A stretch of DNA of 63,279 nt, filler included, from Welwitschia mirabilis (lineage: Eukaryota), in assembly GCA_051453625.1 (NCBI GenBank). It is 3 parts of one record of this genome, joined end to end, with 100 filler letters (N's around TTAATTAATTAA, not from the genome) between each part and the next. Parts side by side here need not be neighbours in the genome. Positions count along the whole stretch, not along the records: positions 19,528 to 43,278 come from JBOZIK010000001.1; positions 43,379 to 63,279 come from JBOZIK010000001.1; 1 more part is not named here. One strand, 5' to 3'. The notes under the pieces are model-generated. The model saw only the letters and a program-made list of their open reading frames with translations, was not told where the DNA came from and made no database searches. The translations under genes were made by a program, and so were the position numbers. Of this stretch, positions 39,971-52,404 are shown piece after piece; positions within the stretch are counted from its first letter, which is position 1, and every line of letters begins with the position of its first letter.

Positions 39971-42800
39971 TTTAAGAAATCATCAACTATATGCTAACAT
40001 AGAAAAATGTTATGCATAAAATAAATCCATTTAGTTCTTGAGTCATTTAGTATTTAAAGAAGGTATTTTAGTTGATCCAGATAAAGTTAAGGTAATTATG
40101 AAATAGTCAACATCTACAACTATTACTGAAGGTAAAAGCGTTTTTGGTCCTGCTAGGTATTATTGTCGATTCATCTTCAATTTCTCTAAGATAGCTTATC
40201 CTCTAACAACTCTCTTAAGGAAAAATAAAGATTTTCAGTAGAGAGAAAAACATTAATAATCCTTTGATTGTCTTAAAGACTGTTCAACTAGTGCTCCAGT
40301 GTTAGCAATGCCAGATGATTCCAAGCCCTTTTTAGTTTACACTAATGCATTAGTAGAAGGATTTGGAGTTATTCTTGAACAAGATAAAAGCGTAATAGCC
40401 TATGGATCAAGGACACTTAAGACACATGAAAGAAATTATCCTATTCATAATCTTGAATTAGGTGTAGTAATATTTTCTTTAAAGTTATGGAGGAATTATC
40501 TATATGGTGTTAAATTTCAAGTTTGAAGTAATCATAAGAGTTTGAAATACATTTTCACTCAATTAAACTTAAACCTTAGGAAAAGAAGATGGATGAAATT
40601 TTTTTGTGACTTTGATCTTGAAATTTTATACCATGAGGGCAAAGGAAATAAACTTGTAGATGCTCTTAGTAGATATGGCTATCTTAAAACAATTATGAAA
40701 ATTCAAAGTCAGATGCCCTCTTCTTATTATTGCAGAGGGTAAAAAAAATATGAAAATTGTCAAAAATTAAATGATTAGTTAGAGAAATCAACTAATTCAG
40801 GAGACTTTAGTATTGATTCAAAAGGTATTATTAAATTCAAGGGAAGATTCTTGGTTCCTAATGTAGATGAAATCAGATAAAAGCTATGTTTGAATTTCAT
40901 AATCCTCTAATATCAAGTCATCCTAAAGGAATAAAAATATACCAAAACATAAAGCAAAAATTTTGATAGCCAAGGATGAAAAAGGATATAGCAGAATTTG
41001 TATCAAAGTGTTTAAATTGTTAGCAAGTTAAGATAGAACACAGGAATCCAGCAAGACTACTCTATCCTTATAATGTTTCAGAAAATAAATGGGTTGTAAT
41101 TTACATAGATTTTATATTAAGACTTCCAAGAACCTTTAGAGGTAATGCCTCAATCATGGTTATAATTGATAGGGCAACTAAGTCAGCACATTTCATTCTA
41201 AAAAAGTCTACTTATAGTGCTAAGGATATAGCTAAAGTGTATATCCAAAATGTTATTCACTTACATGGTGTACTCTTAGTGATTATTTCTAATAGGGATT
41301 CAAAATTTACCTCTAAATTTTAGCAAAAACTGTAATTGGGTTTAGGAACTAAGCTAAACATGAGAACTACATTTCATCCTCAAATAGGTGGTCAAGCAAA
41401 AGCATCAATCAAATCCTAGAGGATCTTCTTAGAGCATGTGTCCTTGATGAACCTAAGAGTTGGAAAGAATACCTACCATTAATGGAATATGAATATGATA
41501 ATAGTTATTAAAGTTCTATTCAAATGGCTCCATTTGAAGCTTTATATGTAGAAAATATAAAACACCCACTACATGGACAGAACCTAAGGAAAGATTTACA
41601 ATAGGACTAGGAATGTTATAAGAAATGAAAAATAAGAACCATCAAGAATAGATTAAAAGAAGCAGATAGGTGAAAGATGTATGCAGATCATTGAAGAAGA
41701 AATCTTGAATTCCAAATAGATGATCATGTCTTNNNNNNNNNNNNNNNNNNNNNNNNNNNNNNNNNNNNNNNNNNNNNNNNNNNNNNNNNNNNNNNNNNNN
41801 NNNNNNNNNNNNNNNNNNNNNNNNNNNNNNNNNNNNNNNNNNNNNNNNNNNNNNNNNNNNNNNNNCTAAGGATATAGCTAAAGTATATATTCAGAATGTT
41901 ATTCGTTTACATGGTGTACCCTTAGTGATTATTTCTGATAGGAACTCAAAATTTACCTCTAAATTTTGGTAATAACTACAATTGGGATTAGGAACTAAGC
42001 TAAATATGAGTACCTTATTTCATTCTCAAATAGATGGTAAGGCAGAAAGAGTCAATCAAATTCTAAAAGATTTTCTCAGGGCATGTGTTCTTGATGAGCC
42101 CAAGAGTTGGAAAGAATACCTACCATTAGTAGAATTTGTATATAATAATAGTTATTAAAGTTTTATTCAAATAGCTTTATTTGAAGCTCTATATGGTAAG
42201 AAATGCAGAGCACCCACTATATGGATAGAACCTGAGAAAAGATTAATAATAGAACCAGAAATGTTATAAAAAATGAAAAATAAGATGAGATCTAATAAGA
42301 ATATATTAAATGAAGTAGCAGATAGGTAAAAGATGTATGCAGATCATCAAAGAAGAGACTTTTAATTCTAAGTAGGTGATCATATCTTTCTCAAGGTATT
42401 AACAATGAAATCAGTTATGCGAGGAGTCAAGAGATCAAAACTAGCCTCCATATTTATTAAATCATTTCAGATGTTAGAATGTATTAGACCTATTACATAA
42501 AGACTTGCTCTGCCTTCCCAATTATTGCACATGTATAATGTTTTTCATGTGAATATGCTAAGAAAGTATATTGCAAATCCTTCTCATGTGTTGAATTGAT
42601 TACATATTCAAGTGGAACCTAATTTTTTGACTATAGAGGAGCCATAAGCAGTGTTGGACCGACGAACTATCACTTTGCAGAATAAAGAGATCCATCAAGT
42701 AAAGATAAAATAGAGTAATCATAGTCTTAATAAAGCTACTTAGGAGCTGAAAGGATCAATGAAAAACCAATACCCAAGTCTTTTTGGATCTCATGTTATG
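39971..42800 (+). pseudogene. Tekay pol C-half: RT end, RNase H, integrase, chromodomain (degenerate)
   Basis: RNase H FLVYTNALVEGFGVILEQ..VIAYGSRTLKTHERNYPIHNLEL. Integrase zinc finger HP...KCLNC*QVK.EH and core LHGV..IIS.RDSKFTSKF. Chromodomain VLDRRTITLQNKEIHQVKIK*SNH..ATWE-like..YPSLF at 42640-42790. Confidence 0.93.
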
Positions 42801-42869
42801 TAATCTTATACTTTCAAATCATTATGTACTTTAATTTCCAGGAGTGAATCCTTTATAAGTGGATGAGTA

Positions 42870-43278
42870 TGTTATAACCCACATTTTGTAAACTTTAATT
42901 AATCATAATGATATGTAATACATTTTATTATTAATTTTAATGAAAATCCTTTTTTTTTCTTTCTTCTAATGAGAATCAATGTGTAACCCTACAATCAATA
43001 ATGTATTATATGTTTATTTCAAACATAAATTTTGATTATAGGTACTCATTAGGTTACTTAATTATTTAATCTTAATTTTGGGTAATTTTATTATTTTAAG
43101 TTATCATAATAACTATAAGAATTTTAATGCTAAATAAACCTATTTATGATTTGGCAAGTCATTTAATGGTTAAATAGTTAAATTGAAAAATCCATATGAA
43201 ATGTAAAATAATGTCTACAAAAATGGCATGTGACATATCTATTTTAATCATTTATCCATGTTCCTTATTTAAAAACAA
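42870..43278 (+). repeat. Tekay 3' LTR (truncated by linker), preceded by PPT
   Basis: AAGTGGATGAGTA then TGTTATAACCC. Colinear with 17649-18075. Confidence 0.88.
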
Positions 43279-43378
43279 NNNNNNNNNNNNNNNNNNNNNN
43301 NNNNNNNNNNNNNNNNNNNNNNTTAATTAATTAANNNNNNNNNNNNNNNNNNNNNNNNNNNNNNNNNNNNNNNNNNNN
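43279..43378. other. Artificial contig linker (44 N + TTAATTAATTAA + 44 N)
   Basis: Same 100-nt construct as 19428-19527. Confidence 0.95.
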
Positions 43379-44176
43379 TGCTTTCAGCCTTAACAAAGGC
43401 CACCCTTGATAATCTATGTCACCCAAGAAATTATCTCCAGATCAAAGACAATCATAAACTATAAGGGTAATTAGAAAATATAAGATGCAAACATGAAAAG
43501 AAAATCAAGTTTTTATATTAAAAGAGTAATAACATCTAGATTACAAAATAGCCAAGTCTCAATGGAGGATACACAACCCTCCATCAAGTGCACATCTTTT
43601 TGCAACACATGTAGATGGATCTTCTGCCATTTGATTTCCTGTCACAAGAATGTATGGTGCAATAAAGATGAAAAGGAGAGTTGAGGGGAGTTTTATTTGT
43701 AAGAAACACAGTAGAAAAGGACAAATGGTAGGTGCAGTTAGGCGTGCTCATAAATGACTTAGAAATGGATGAAATGGTTAAGGGAATCTATTAAAGTTGG
43801 TTACATGTCAGTGTCGTTCAGGATGTCATTCGGAAGATAGTGGGGATGATAGTACATTATAAAATATCTTCAAAATGATGACTCAATAGTCCACATTAGT
43901 AGTCATCATCCTGCCTGTCATGAGAACAATAGAGGGGACGATGATCTTCTTTGATTCTTTTCTTGAGGAGAAACTTAGCATTTTTATCATGATTTTTCTT
44001 AAAAGATTTGTGCATCAGAAAGTGATTTTAATGCATCAAATTTGGATAAGAATGGAACATTTTTGAGATTTCCTCTTGTATCTCTAAAATCCTTAGAATT
44101 ACACTTAAACTTATATAAAAGTCCTGTAAAATAACTCATAAAACCCATCAAATAACAGTATATTGGTAACACAATA
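43379..44176 (-). repeat. Athila-like LTR 5' part, antisense, abutting an Athila RT
   Basis: The reverse complement of 43540-43650 matches 3760-3880. The minus-strand start is TATTGTGTTACCAA..TATTTGATGGG at 44176. Confidence 0.75.
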
Positions 44177-47100
44177 ATTATTCTTTATTATTTCTTGATT
44201 AAGTACCTGATAGAATCCAAGAACATACCTACTATTATTTTCTTGATGGATATAATAGCTATAATCAAGTTTCCATAGCTAGTAAGGATCAAGTAAAGCT
44301 AACATTTATCTTTTCCTTTGGAACATTGCCTTTAGGAGAATGTATTTTGGGCTTTACAATTCCTCTAGAACTTTTGAACAAGTAATGATGGGAATTTTTT
44401 CTAACATGATAGAGGAATATATAGAAATTTTTATGGATGACTTCTCAATCTTTGCTAAAACTTTTAAATAAATCATAAAAAGGTTAAAAAATGTCTTAGA
44501 TCAGTGCCTAGAAAGTGGCTTATACTTGAGTTGGAGAAGAGTTTCTTTCTTATTAAAAATGGGATTGTTTTAGATCACCATATTTCTAGTGAGAAAACTA
44601 GGATAGATCATACAAAATTTGGAATCATTAAAAATCTTAATCCTTTAATTAATATCAAATAAATTAGATCTTTTCTTAGTCATGCTAGTCTCTATTAATG
44701 TTTTATTCATTATTACGTCAAGGTTTGTAAACCTATTTACTCGTTACTTAAAAACAAGGCTAAATTCAATGGGAATGATCCTTGTTAACTTTCTTTTAAA
44801 ACTCTTAAGGATAAAACTTTTCTTTGAAGATCTTTTATTAGGACCTAATTGGATTAAATATTTTAAGCTTATGTATGATACTAGCAACATTACTACATGC
44901 AGGGTTCTTGGTAAAAAATATTAAAGTAATCTTAAAATCATATCTTACATTAGTAAAACATTGTCAAAGGCTCAATCCAACTACACTACCACTAAAAAAG
45001 AAATTCTTGTCATTATTGTTTGCCTTGATCATTTTAGATACTATCTTCTTGGCTTTCATACTATTGTTTACACAAATCATACAGTCCTACATTACCTTAT
45101 AATTGAGAAAGATTCTAGTGTTAAAACTATTTGATGGATTCTTCTTATGCAAGAATTCAATCTTACTATTATAAATAAGGCTAAAAGACATAACAATGTT
45201 GCAGATCACTTGTCTCAACTCTCTTATTCTCTTGATGAAAATTTAATCAATGATTGATTTCCAGATGAGTAACTATTTACTATCAAACTACTTTATACCA
45301 TCTCCTCTACTCATCCTCCTCCTTGGTATGCTAATATTATGAATGATCTTATTACCATAAAAACACCTTAGCATTAGAACCATAACCAATAAAAATATTT
45401 TCTCCATAGGGTTATGATTATGAGTGGAATGAACCCCATCTTTATCATTGATGCAAAGATCAAATCATGTATAAATGTATGTCTGAATGGAAAAATCTAG
45501 GTATCCTTAACCTTTTCCATGGTGAGGCATGTGGGAGACACTTTAATGGCTAAAAGATTATAATGAAAAGTCTTCACTTTAGTTTTTATTAGACTACACT
45601 TTCTAAGAATTCTTTTAACTTTTTTAGAAGATGTGATGATTACCAATGATATGACATCCTAACTTACTTTAAAGACATACCCATTAAACTTATGCTTTAA
45701 TGTGAACGTTTTAAATATTGGGGGTTGATTTTATAAGCCATATCCATCAACATTCTCATGATAAAAACTACATCTTAGTGACTATTGAGATTATGTTACA
45801 AAATGAGTCAAACTTATTTCTACTACCAAGAATGATGCTTAAATTGTTTGTAATTTTATTCAAACTCATATCTTTTAACATTTTGGTTTATCTAGAATCA
45901 TCATAAGTAATAAAGAAACTCATTTTATTGATTAAATTTTTTGTAAACTTCTTTTATCCATTGGAATTGAACATAGAATTGCATGTACTTATAACTCACA
46001 AACCATAAACCAATGGCCAAGTTAATTAAAAAAACTTGGGCTTCTAAACCTANNNNNNNNNNNNNNNNNNNNNNNNNNNNNNNNNNNNNNNNNNNNNNNN
46101 NNNNNNNNNNNNNNNNNNNNNNNNNNNNNNNNNNNNNNNNNNNNNNNNNNNNNNNNNNNNNNNNNNNNNNNNNNNNNNNNNNNNNNNNNNNNNNNNNNNN
46201 NNNNNNNNNNNNNNNNNNNNNNNNNNNNNNNNNNNNNNNNNNNNNNNNNNNNNNNNNNNNNNNNNNNNNNNNNNNNNNNNNNNNNNNNNNNNNNNNNNNN
46301 NNNNNNNNNNNNNNNNNNNNNNNNNNNNNNNNNNNNNNNNNNNNNNNNNNNNNNNNNNNNNNNNNNNNNNNNNNNNNNNNNNNNNNNNNNNNNNNNNNNN
46401 NNNNNNNNNNNNNNNNNNNNNNNNNNNNNNNNNNNNNNNNNNNNNNNNNNNNNNNNNNNNNNNNNNNNNNNNNNNNNNNNNNNNNNNNNNNNNNNNNNNN
46501 NNNNNNNNNNNNNNNNNNNNNNNNNNNNNNNNNNNNNNNNNNNNNNNNNNNNNNNNNNNNNNNNNNNNNNNNNNNNNNNNNNNNNNNNNNNNNNNNNNNN
46601 NNNNNNNNNNNNNNNNNNNATTGGAATTGAACATATAATTGCATGTACTTACAACTCACAAATCATGAACCAATGGCCAAGTTAATTAAAAAAACTTGGG
46701 CTTCTAAACCTAATAATGTTATTTGAGCTTATCATACTACTTGGTGAAACTCTCCAGGTTTTTCACCTTATAAACTTGTGTACAGATAGCTTTGTATGTT
46801 GCTAGTTGATGTTTGCTATAACTCCTATTAATCCATGTATAAACTTAACCTTGTAAACTTAGATGAAAATCTTAAAATTTGATTAGTCCAACTTGATCAT
46901 TTAGATGAAAAACATACTCGTGCTATACATCATCAACTCATTCATAAAGACCAAGCCAACATGAGAAAAAGATTAATCATAAGTAATTTAAACCTGGTTA
47001 AACTACTCATTTTATAGAATACCTAGTGCACTTTTTACATAAGAAGTTAACATATAAATGGTTAGACCCTTATCTTATAAAAGAAGTACATTTTAATGGC

Positions 47101-47230
47101 TTAGTTAAAATCGCCAATCTAAACACTAGAGGAAATCAAAAAGTTAATGGATAAAGGTCAAAAATTTATGAATAATTTATTGATCAAATATTGAAAATAA
47201 TAGAAACACTTGTTTTAGAACCCCTCTAGA
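44177..47230 (+). pseudogene. Athila-type pol (RT, RNase H, integrase), degenerate
   Basis: YYFLDGYNSYNQVSIASKDQ.KLTF..PFGT, IEIFMDDFSIF, SKTLSKAQSNYTTTKKE, WILLMQEFNLTI.NK...NNVADHLSQL, PPWYANI, HGEACGRHF, WGVDF and QKVNG. No chromodomain. Confidence 0.92.
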
Positions 47231-49352
47231 TGAGGAGGACTTTCCTCTTACCATTATTTAAATTCTTTCTAAGCTGATTCTTTAGGTAGATGTCATGCTA
47301 TCACTTGATCATCGTTAAATTGACTTATGAATTACCTTATGAAGTTACCATGATTAGTAATCTTGTAACTTAAACATTCTTAATGATAATATTAGATTCA
47401 CCTAATCTTAATACATTCATACATCTATGAACTTAATTTTAAAAGAAGCTACCTTACTTCTAAAAGAAGCTACCTTACTTCTTTGGTTTTCTCTTAATGG
47501 TATTAGTCTTTAGTTATTTAGGCATTCTATTTTCTATTTTTCATCTCATGACTTTACCTCTATTCTTATATATATGATATGATGGCTATGAAAACTCCAA
47601 TGGGGATCAATTAACCATGCTTTATGGGTTCTTACTTCTTTGATAGTGGTTGCACTTCCCTCATGATGAAGAAATAATTATTATTCATAGGCTATGGGGA
47701 TCCGTGATATTTTTGATGTCATAAGAAGCATTGCTTGGTTTCTAAACTTATAATGCATATAATTTTCCTACATGATCATTTACCTTCTTTGGATTCTAGT
47801 GTTGTTTTGAGATGTAAGTAGGTAAGTTTATTTCTGAATCAATTTTGATCTTATCATTTATTTACTAAAAACCTTAGATATACTTGACATTATCATAATC
47901 ATTGCCTATTCAAGTGATCCTTTATGAGTTTTTACATAATATAATGCACCATTAATTAAGTGATTTTATAATTTTTATTTAAGAAGTTATTAGGTTAGAA
48001 TTTAGGATAGGCACATAATCTTCTTTATGTTCCCAGTCATCCATTTTTACTTTGTTTTTTTCCCTCAGTTATTTTGTTTGATATTTCAAAGTCATTTACA
48101 TACTTTTTTAGCATCATATTTTGGATTTGATAATTTAGTAGTTTCTTGTTATCTTATTGCTTTTATTTTAGGTTTTATTTATAAGGGTTGTCCTTCTTTT
48201 AGTACTTTTTGATAGATGATGTTGCTACTTTTTCTTTGAGTTTTTGCTTACTCTTTTTTACATGCTTATTGTGTTTAAGGAACATTTGAGGATTTTTTTA
48301 ATTCCTTTCTTTTGAGTGTTGATTCTTTCTACTTGGTGCATTATCATGGTTCTATTCTCTTCTTTTTGAATTCCTTTCATATTCGACTCCTTTTTCATGA
48401 TCATGTCTTTAGATGATTCTTCAATTTTGATCATCTTTATGACTTTTCAATGACTTCTTGAGGCTGTACTATTGTGATTCTTACTTATTCAATCTTTCTT
48501 GATCTTTTTTTTCCAAACTTTTCTTTTGAGTATCATTCCATGTTTTTCATCCTCACAACATGGAGGATGATAGTGTCTTCCTTATACCATTTCAATATGG
48601 AATGTATTGATTCACCTATTAGGAGGGGGCAAGACATATTTTTGAGTTACTTTTGTGATATTAAGAAAAATATTAATTTTTGAAAATCATTTTTGAGATC
48701 TCATAATACATATATGTGATGCACTACTTTCATATTACTAGCATTATGGACAATATTTAATAGGACAACATAATTATAAAACTTTCTTACAGACTTGATC
48801 TAGGATACTCAAGTAATCATGGATAAGGGAATCAACATTATGATTATTTTTGCATTTTTCCCCTCATGTATTTAATGCACAACTTACTAATTCATATATA
48901 TACATTATTTTGAATTATCACTACTTATTTTATCTATGTCACTTTGAGATTTCACTATTATGCACATACATCATTTTTTAATTTATCATAGTTATATCTT
49001 ATGATGATTTTCTGTGCATGAAATTAAATTATTATCTTGTAATGTGTTAAAATTTTAAGTGGAGGGTTAAAAAATATTTTAGCACTTGGATTTTTTTAAT
49101 GATCATGTTCATAGGCATTTAGTTTTGATTCTAGTTTTAAAACATTTTTGTCCCCATGACAAAGTGGACCATAGATCTATTATGCATTCTATAGAGGTAT
49201 TATGATATTTTTTGATATTTAATATTGCATGGTAAATACTTGTAAAATTAATTTACATTTTTCAATTCATTCTTTATATTGATTAAATTGGCTTGAAAAT
49301 TGTAGTTGATCACTTACTTTGTCAAGGACTGACGAGCCTAAGTGGGTGGTTA

Positions 49353-50656
49353 TGTTGTAATGCTAATTTGTAGGATTTTGATGGGATAGTTTGAGTAATT
49401 TTATAAGATATTTATATAAGTTTAGATGTAATTTTGATGATTATAAAGAATCAATGGGATGCTCACTGAGACATGCAATTGTTGACATATTTGGAGGCAT
49501 TCCAGGCATATTTTGATACTTAATGTTTTGAAGGAAAGATAAATGATGCAAAAGACTGATTTCTTCTAAGCTAAAAAGATAAAGAAGCTTGTCATCCCCA
49601 TGATAGTGAGGAGATAACATTGCTAACATGGATTTAATTTGAGAGCCAATGAGAAACTAAGAGCCATAGTATGAATTTATAAGGAGGCGTTATCATAGTT
49701 ATTATTCCTATGACACATAGACGATAACACTGCTGACATGGACTACAACTGTGGAGTTGTCTATGGGATAGAAGCTAATGAAACTGTGGAGTATCATGTC
49801 TGTTATTATCCTCATAACAGTCAGGATGATAGCTATTTGATATGAATAAAAATGAATTATCTTTATAATGGGGTTATGTACCTCATGTGGGTTACTAGAG
49901 TTTGTTCTTTAACTTCTAGGGTTTTCCCCTTAGAAAACTCTAAATACCATCCTTTTTCCTTCACTTTCTTTCCATACTTTAGATTTCATATTCTTGTGAT
50001 GGAAGATTGAAGGACAAGAGATCCATTCATTAGCTATAGAGAGAAGATTTTCTTGATATTGGACTAAGTATCCTCCATTGAGGTGATATTACATTATTTA
50101 TAAGTAAATGTTAATTGATGATTATATAAGAACTTTTTCACTTCTATTATGTGAATCTCCCTTATGTTTTAAGCTTATTATAATTCTATGATAACTTCAT
50201 AGTTTATTTAGATCATGAGAACAATCTTTATTAAGGTTAACATTGTTAGTTTAGATTCACATTTACTTCTTATTGCATAATTGCATATTATGTTTGATGT
50301 CTCTTATAGCTCATATTGGTTAGGATTAAGTGATAGTTACTTAATTGATTTAAGTTATAAGAACTAATCTTAGTAACAAGAATATTGGTAGTCAAATAGA
50401 ATCATCATTCATTGCATTTGTATTTCATCATCATTCATCTTTCATTGCATTTGCATTATTCTTTATTTTTATTTACTAAAGAAAAAAGACTAAAAATACT
50501 TTGTAAAATCAACTCTCCATATCTAGCCTAATGCCTTCAATGAATTACAACATTTGGGTTGACTCCCATCTATACTAGTATGTGTTTTTTTGTAAGTATT
50601 ATGATTTATAGGTTTTACCTAAGAACTTAAAGATTACACAAATTTACACCATAATA
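49353..50656 (+). repeat. Athila-like LTR after PPT
   Basis: GTCAAGGACTGACGAGCCTAAGTGGGTGGTTA then TGTTGTAATGC, the same context as 3203 and 6012. Ends CACCATAATA, aligning to CACTGTAACA at 7120. Confidence 0.8.
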
Positions 50657-52404
50657 GTTATTTTTAGGAGAAGTTTTAGAGTAATCCTAGTTTTTGATTT
50701 ACTTTCATTTGATGTTTTTTAGAACTGAAAATCCTACTTTACATGTTCATGAACTAAACTATGAGAGCTAAGGAGAGTTAGGATCTTCGCTTAAGTATAA
50801 AATTCATTGAATATATTTTTAGAATAATATTTAAGTAACTCTATTTTTATTGAAGGTCTTAGTTATTATAGAGATGTTCATGTTAGATTTTAAACAATAT
50901 TGGTTAAGAACACATTTTTGCTTCATACTCATACTTCATGGAATAATTTTGTGATAGTTAAAAATGTAGTTTATGCAAATCTTCCTTATTTTTATGTTAC
51001 TGTATTTATTCTTTGGGAAGAATGACCTTGGGACTATACTACAAATAGAAGTTCTAAATTATTTAGTAAAATTTAGGTCTGGTCATACAAGGTTTGTATC
51101 CCTAGAGTAATCTTAAATATTAGCATACATTAATAATAGATACAAGCATAGACAAATTTCATCATGGATACTTTATTAGTTAAATTATAAGTTTTATAAA
51201 ATTAGAAAAAAACTATCCCCTTCACATGAGTCTGAGTTTTAGAATCCATGATAAGTAGTGTAAGAAAAGTATTTAAATTTAGAAAATTCTCAAGATGAAT
51301 TTACTTCATAAAAAGATAAAGCCTTTTATTTAAACAACATGCATATAATATCATTTATACATGCTCTTAGAAGTTAAAATATCATATATTCTGTTAACCT
51401 CTTAAAGGGTATTAAAGTACAATGAATATTAATACCAAAGTGTTGTGAATATTAATGAATAATAATTTATATAATTTACTATAAAAACGTGGAATTAGAT
51501 AAAACATGAGTTATGTAATTTTGTCAAGTCATGGAATAAGACAACCTAGTTATTGTTATTTGATATGTTATAAAGGACTTGTTATATGAGTATTGAATTT
51601 TAGAGAAAATGAAAGTTAATTAATCAAATATTAGAAATAATTAAATACTTATGAAGTATTAATTAATGTGAGTTTTAAACTTTAGTAAATATTTTAATTT
51701 ATTTTAATTAATCTTATTTGTTACATTATAAGTTCTAAGATTAATTAGGAAAAAGGAGTCATCCCTTATACAAAAACTTGAGTTTGAGTATCCACAACAT
51801 GTAGAATAAGAAGAGTTTTTAAATGAAGAAAACTTTTAAGAAGATTTTAATTTGCAAAAAGAGAAATCCTTGATTTAAACAACATGAATATGAGAGAATC
51901 TAAACATGCTCTTATAAGTCAAAGATATCATGAATTTTCTTCTTCTTCTAAAGAAAAACAAAGAGTTATAAATATTACTAAATTGTATTTCACATCAATT
52001 AATACAAAATATGTTGAATTAGGTAAATAGTAAGTTATGGGATTTCATTTATTTATGAAATAAGGCAACTTAATTATTATTATTTTAGATACTATAATGA
52101 ATATATTATATGAGTGTTTAACTTCGGAGGATATAAAAGTAAATAAAAGGAATATTTAAGTTGAAAAATACTTTGTTAAATATTCATCAACATAGAAAAC
52201 TAATGAGATGGACATTAACCTAGTTATATAGTTGCTTTAGTGACTCTTTACTATAGAGTTTCAACTATTAATAATCATTTGTATTAGTTTTCATTAAGGT
52301 TGTCTTTGAATTAGTTCTAGTTCATAGAAATTATGGTTGTGCATTTGGATATGTAAATTACTTAATTCTATTTTACTAGTTTTGTTTATGGGATTACGAT
52401 GGAA
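50657..52404 (+). mobile_element. Athila-like 5' internal region directly following the LTR
   Basis: GTTATTTTTAGGAGAAG resembles the 3' half of the PBS. 50995-51125 matches the reverse complement of 24080-24250. An internal direct repeat lies at ~51310-51600 and ~51865-52130. Confidence 0.55.

Noticed and set aside
45925..46712. Long ORFs and a ~90-bp duplicate around the N gap (likewise 59305-59910)
   Set aside because: The ORFs are poly-X, and the near-identical flanks are unmerged contig overlaps.
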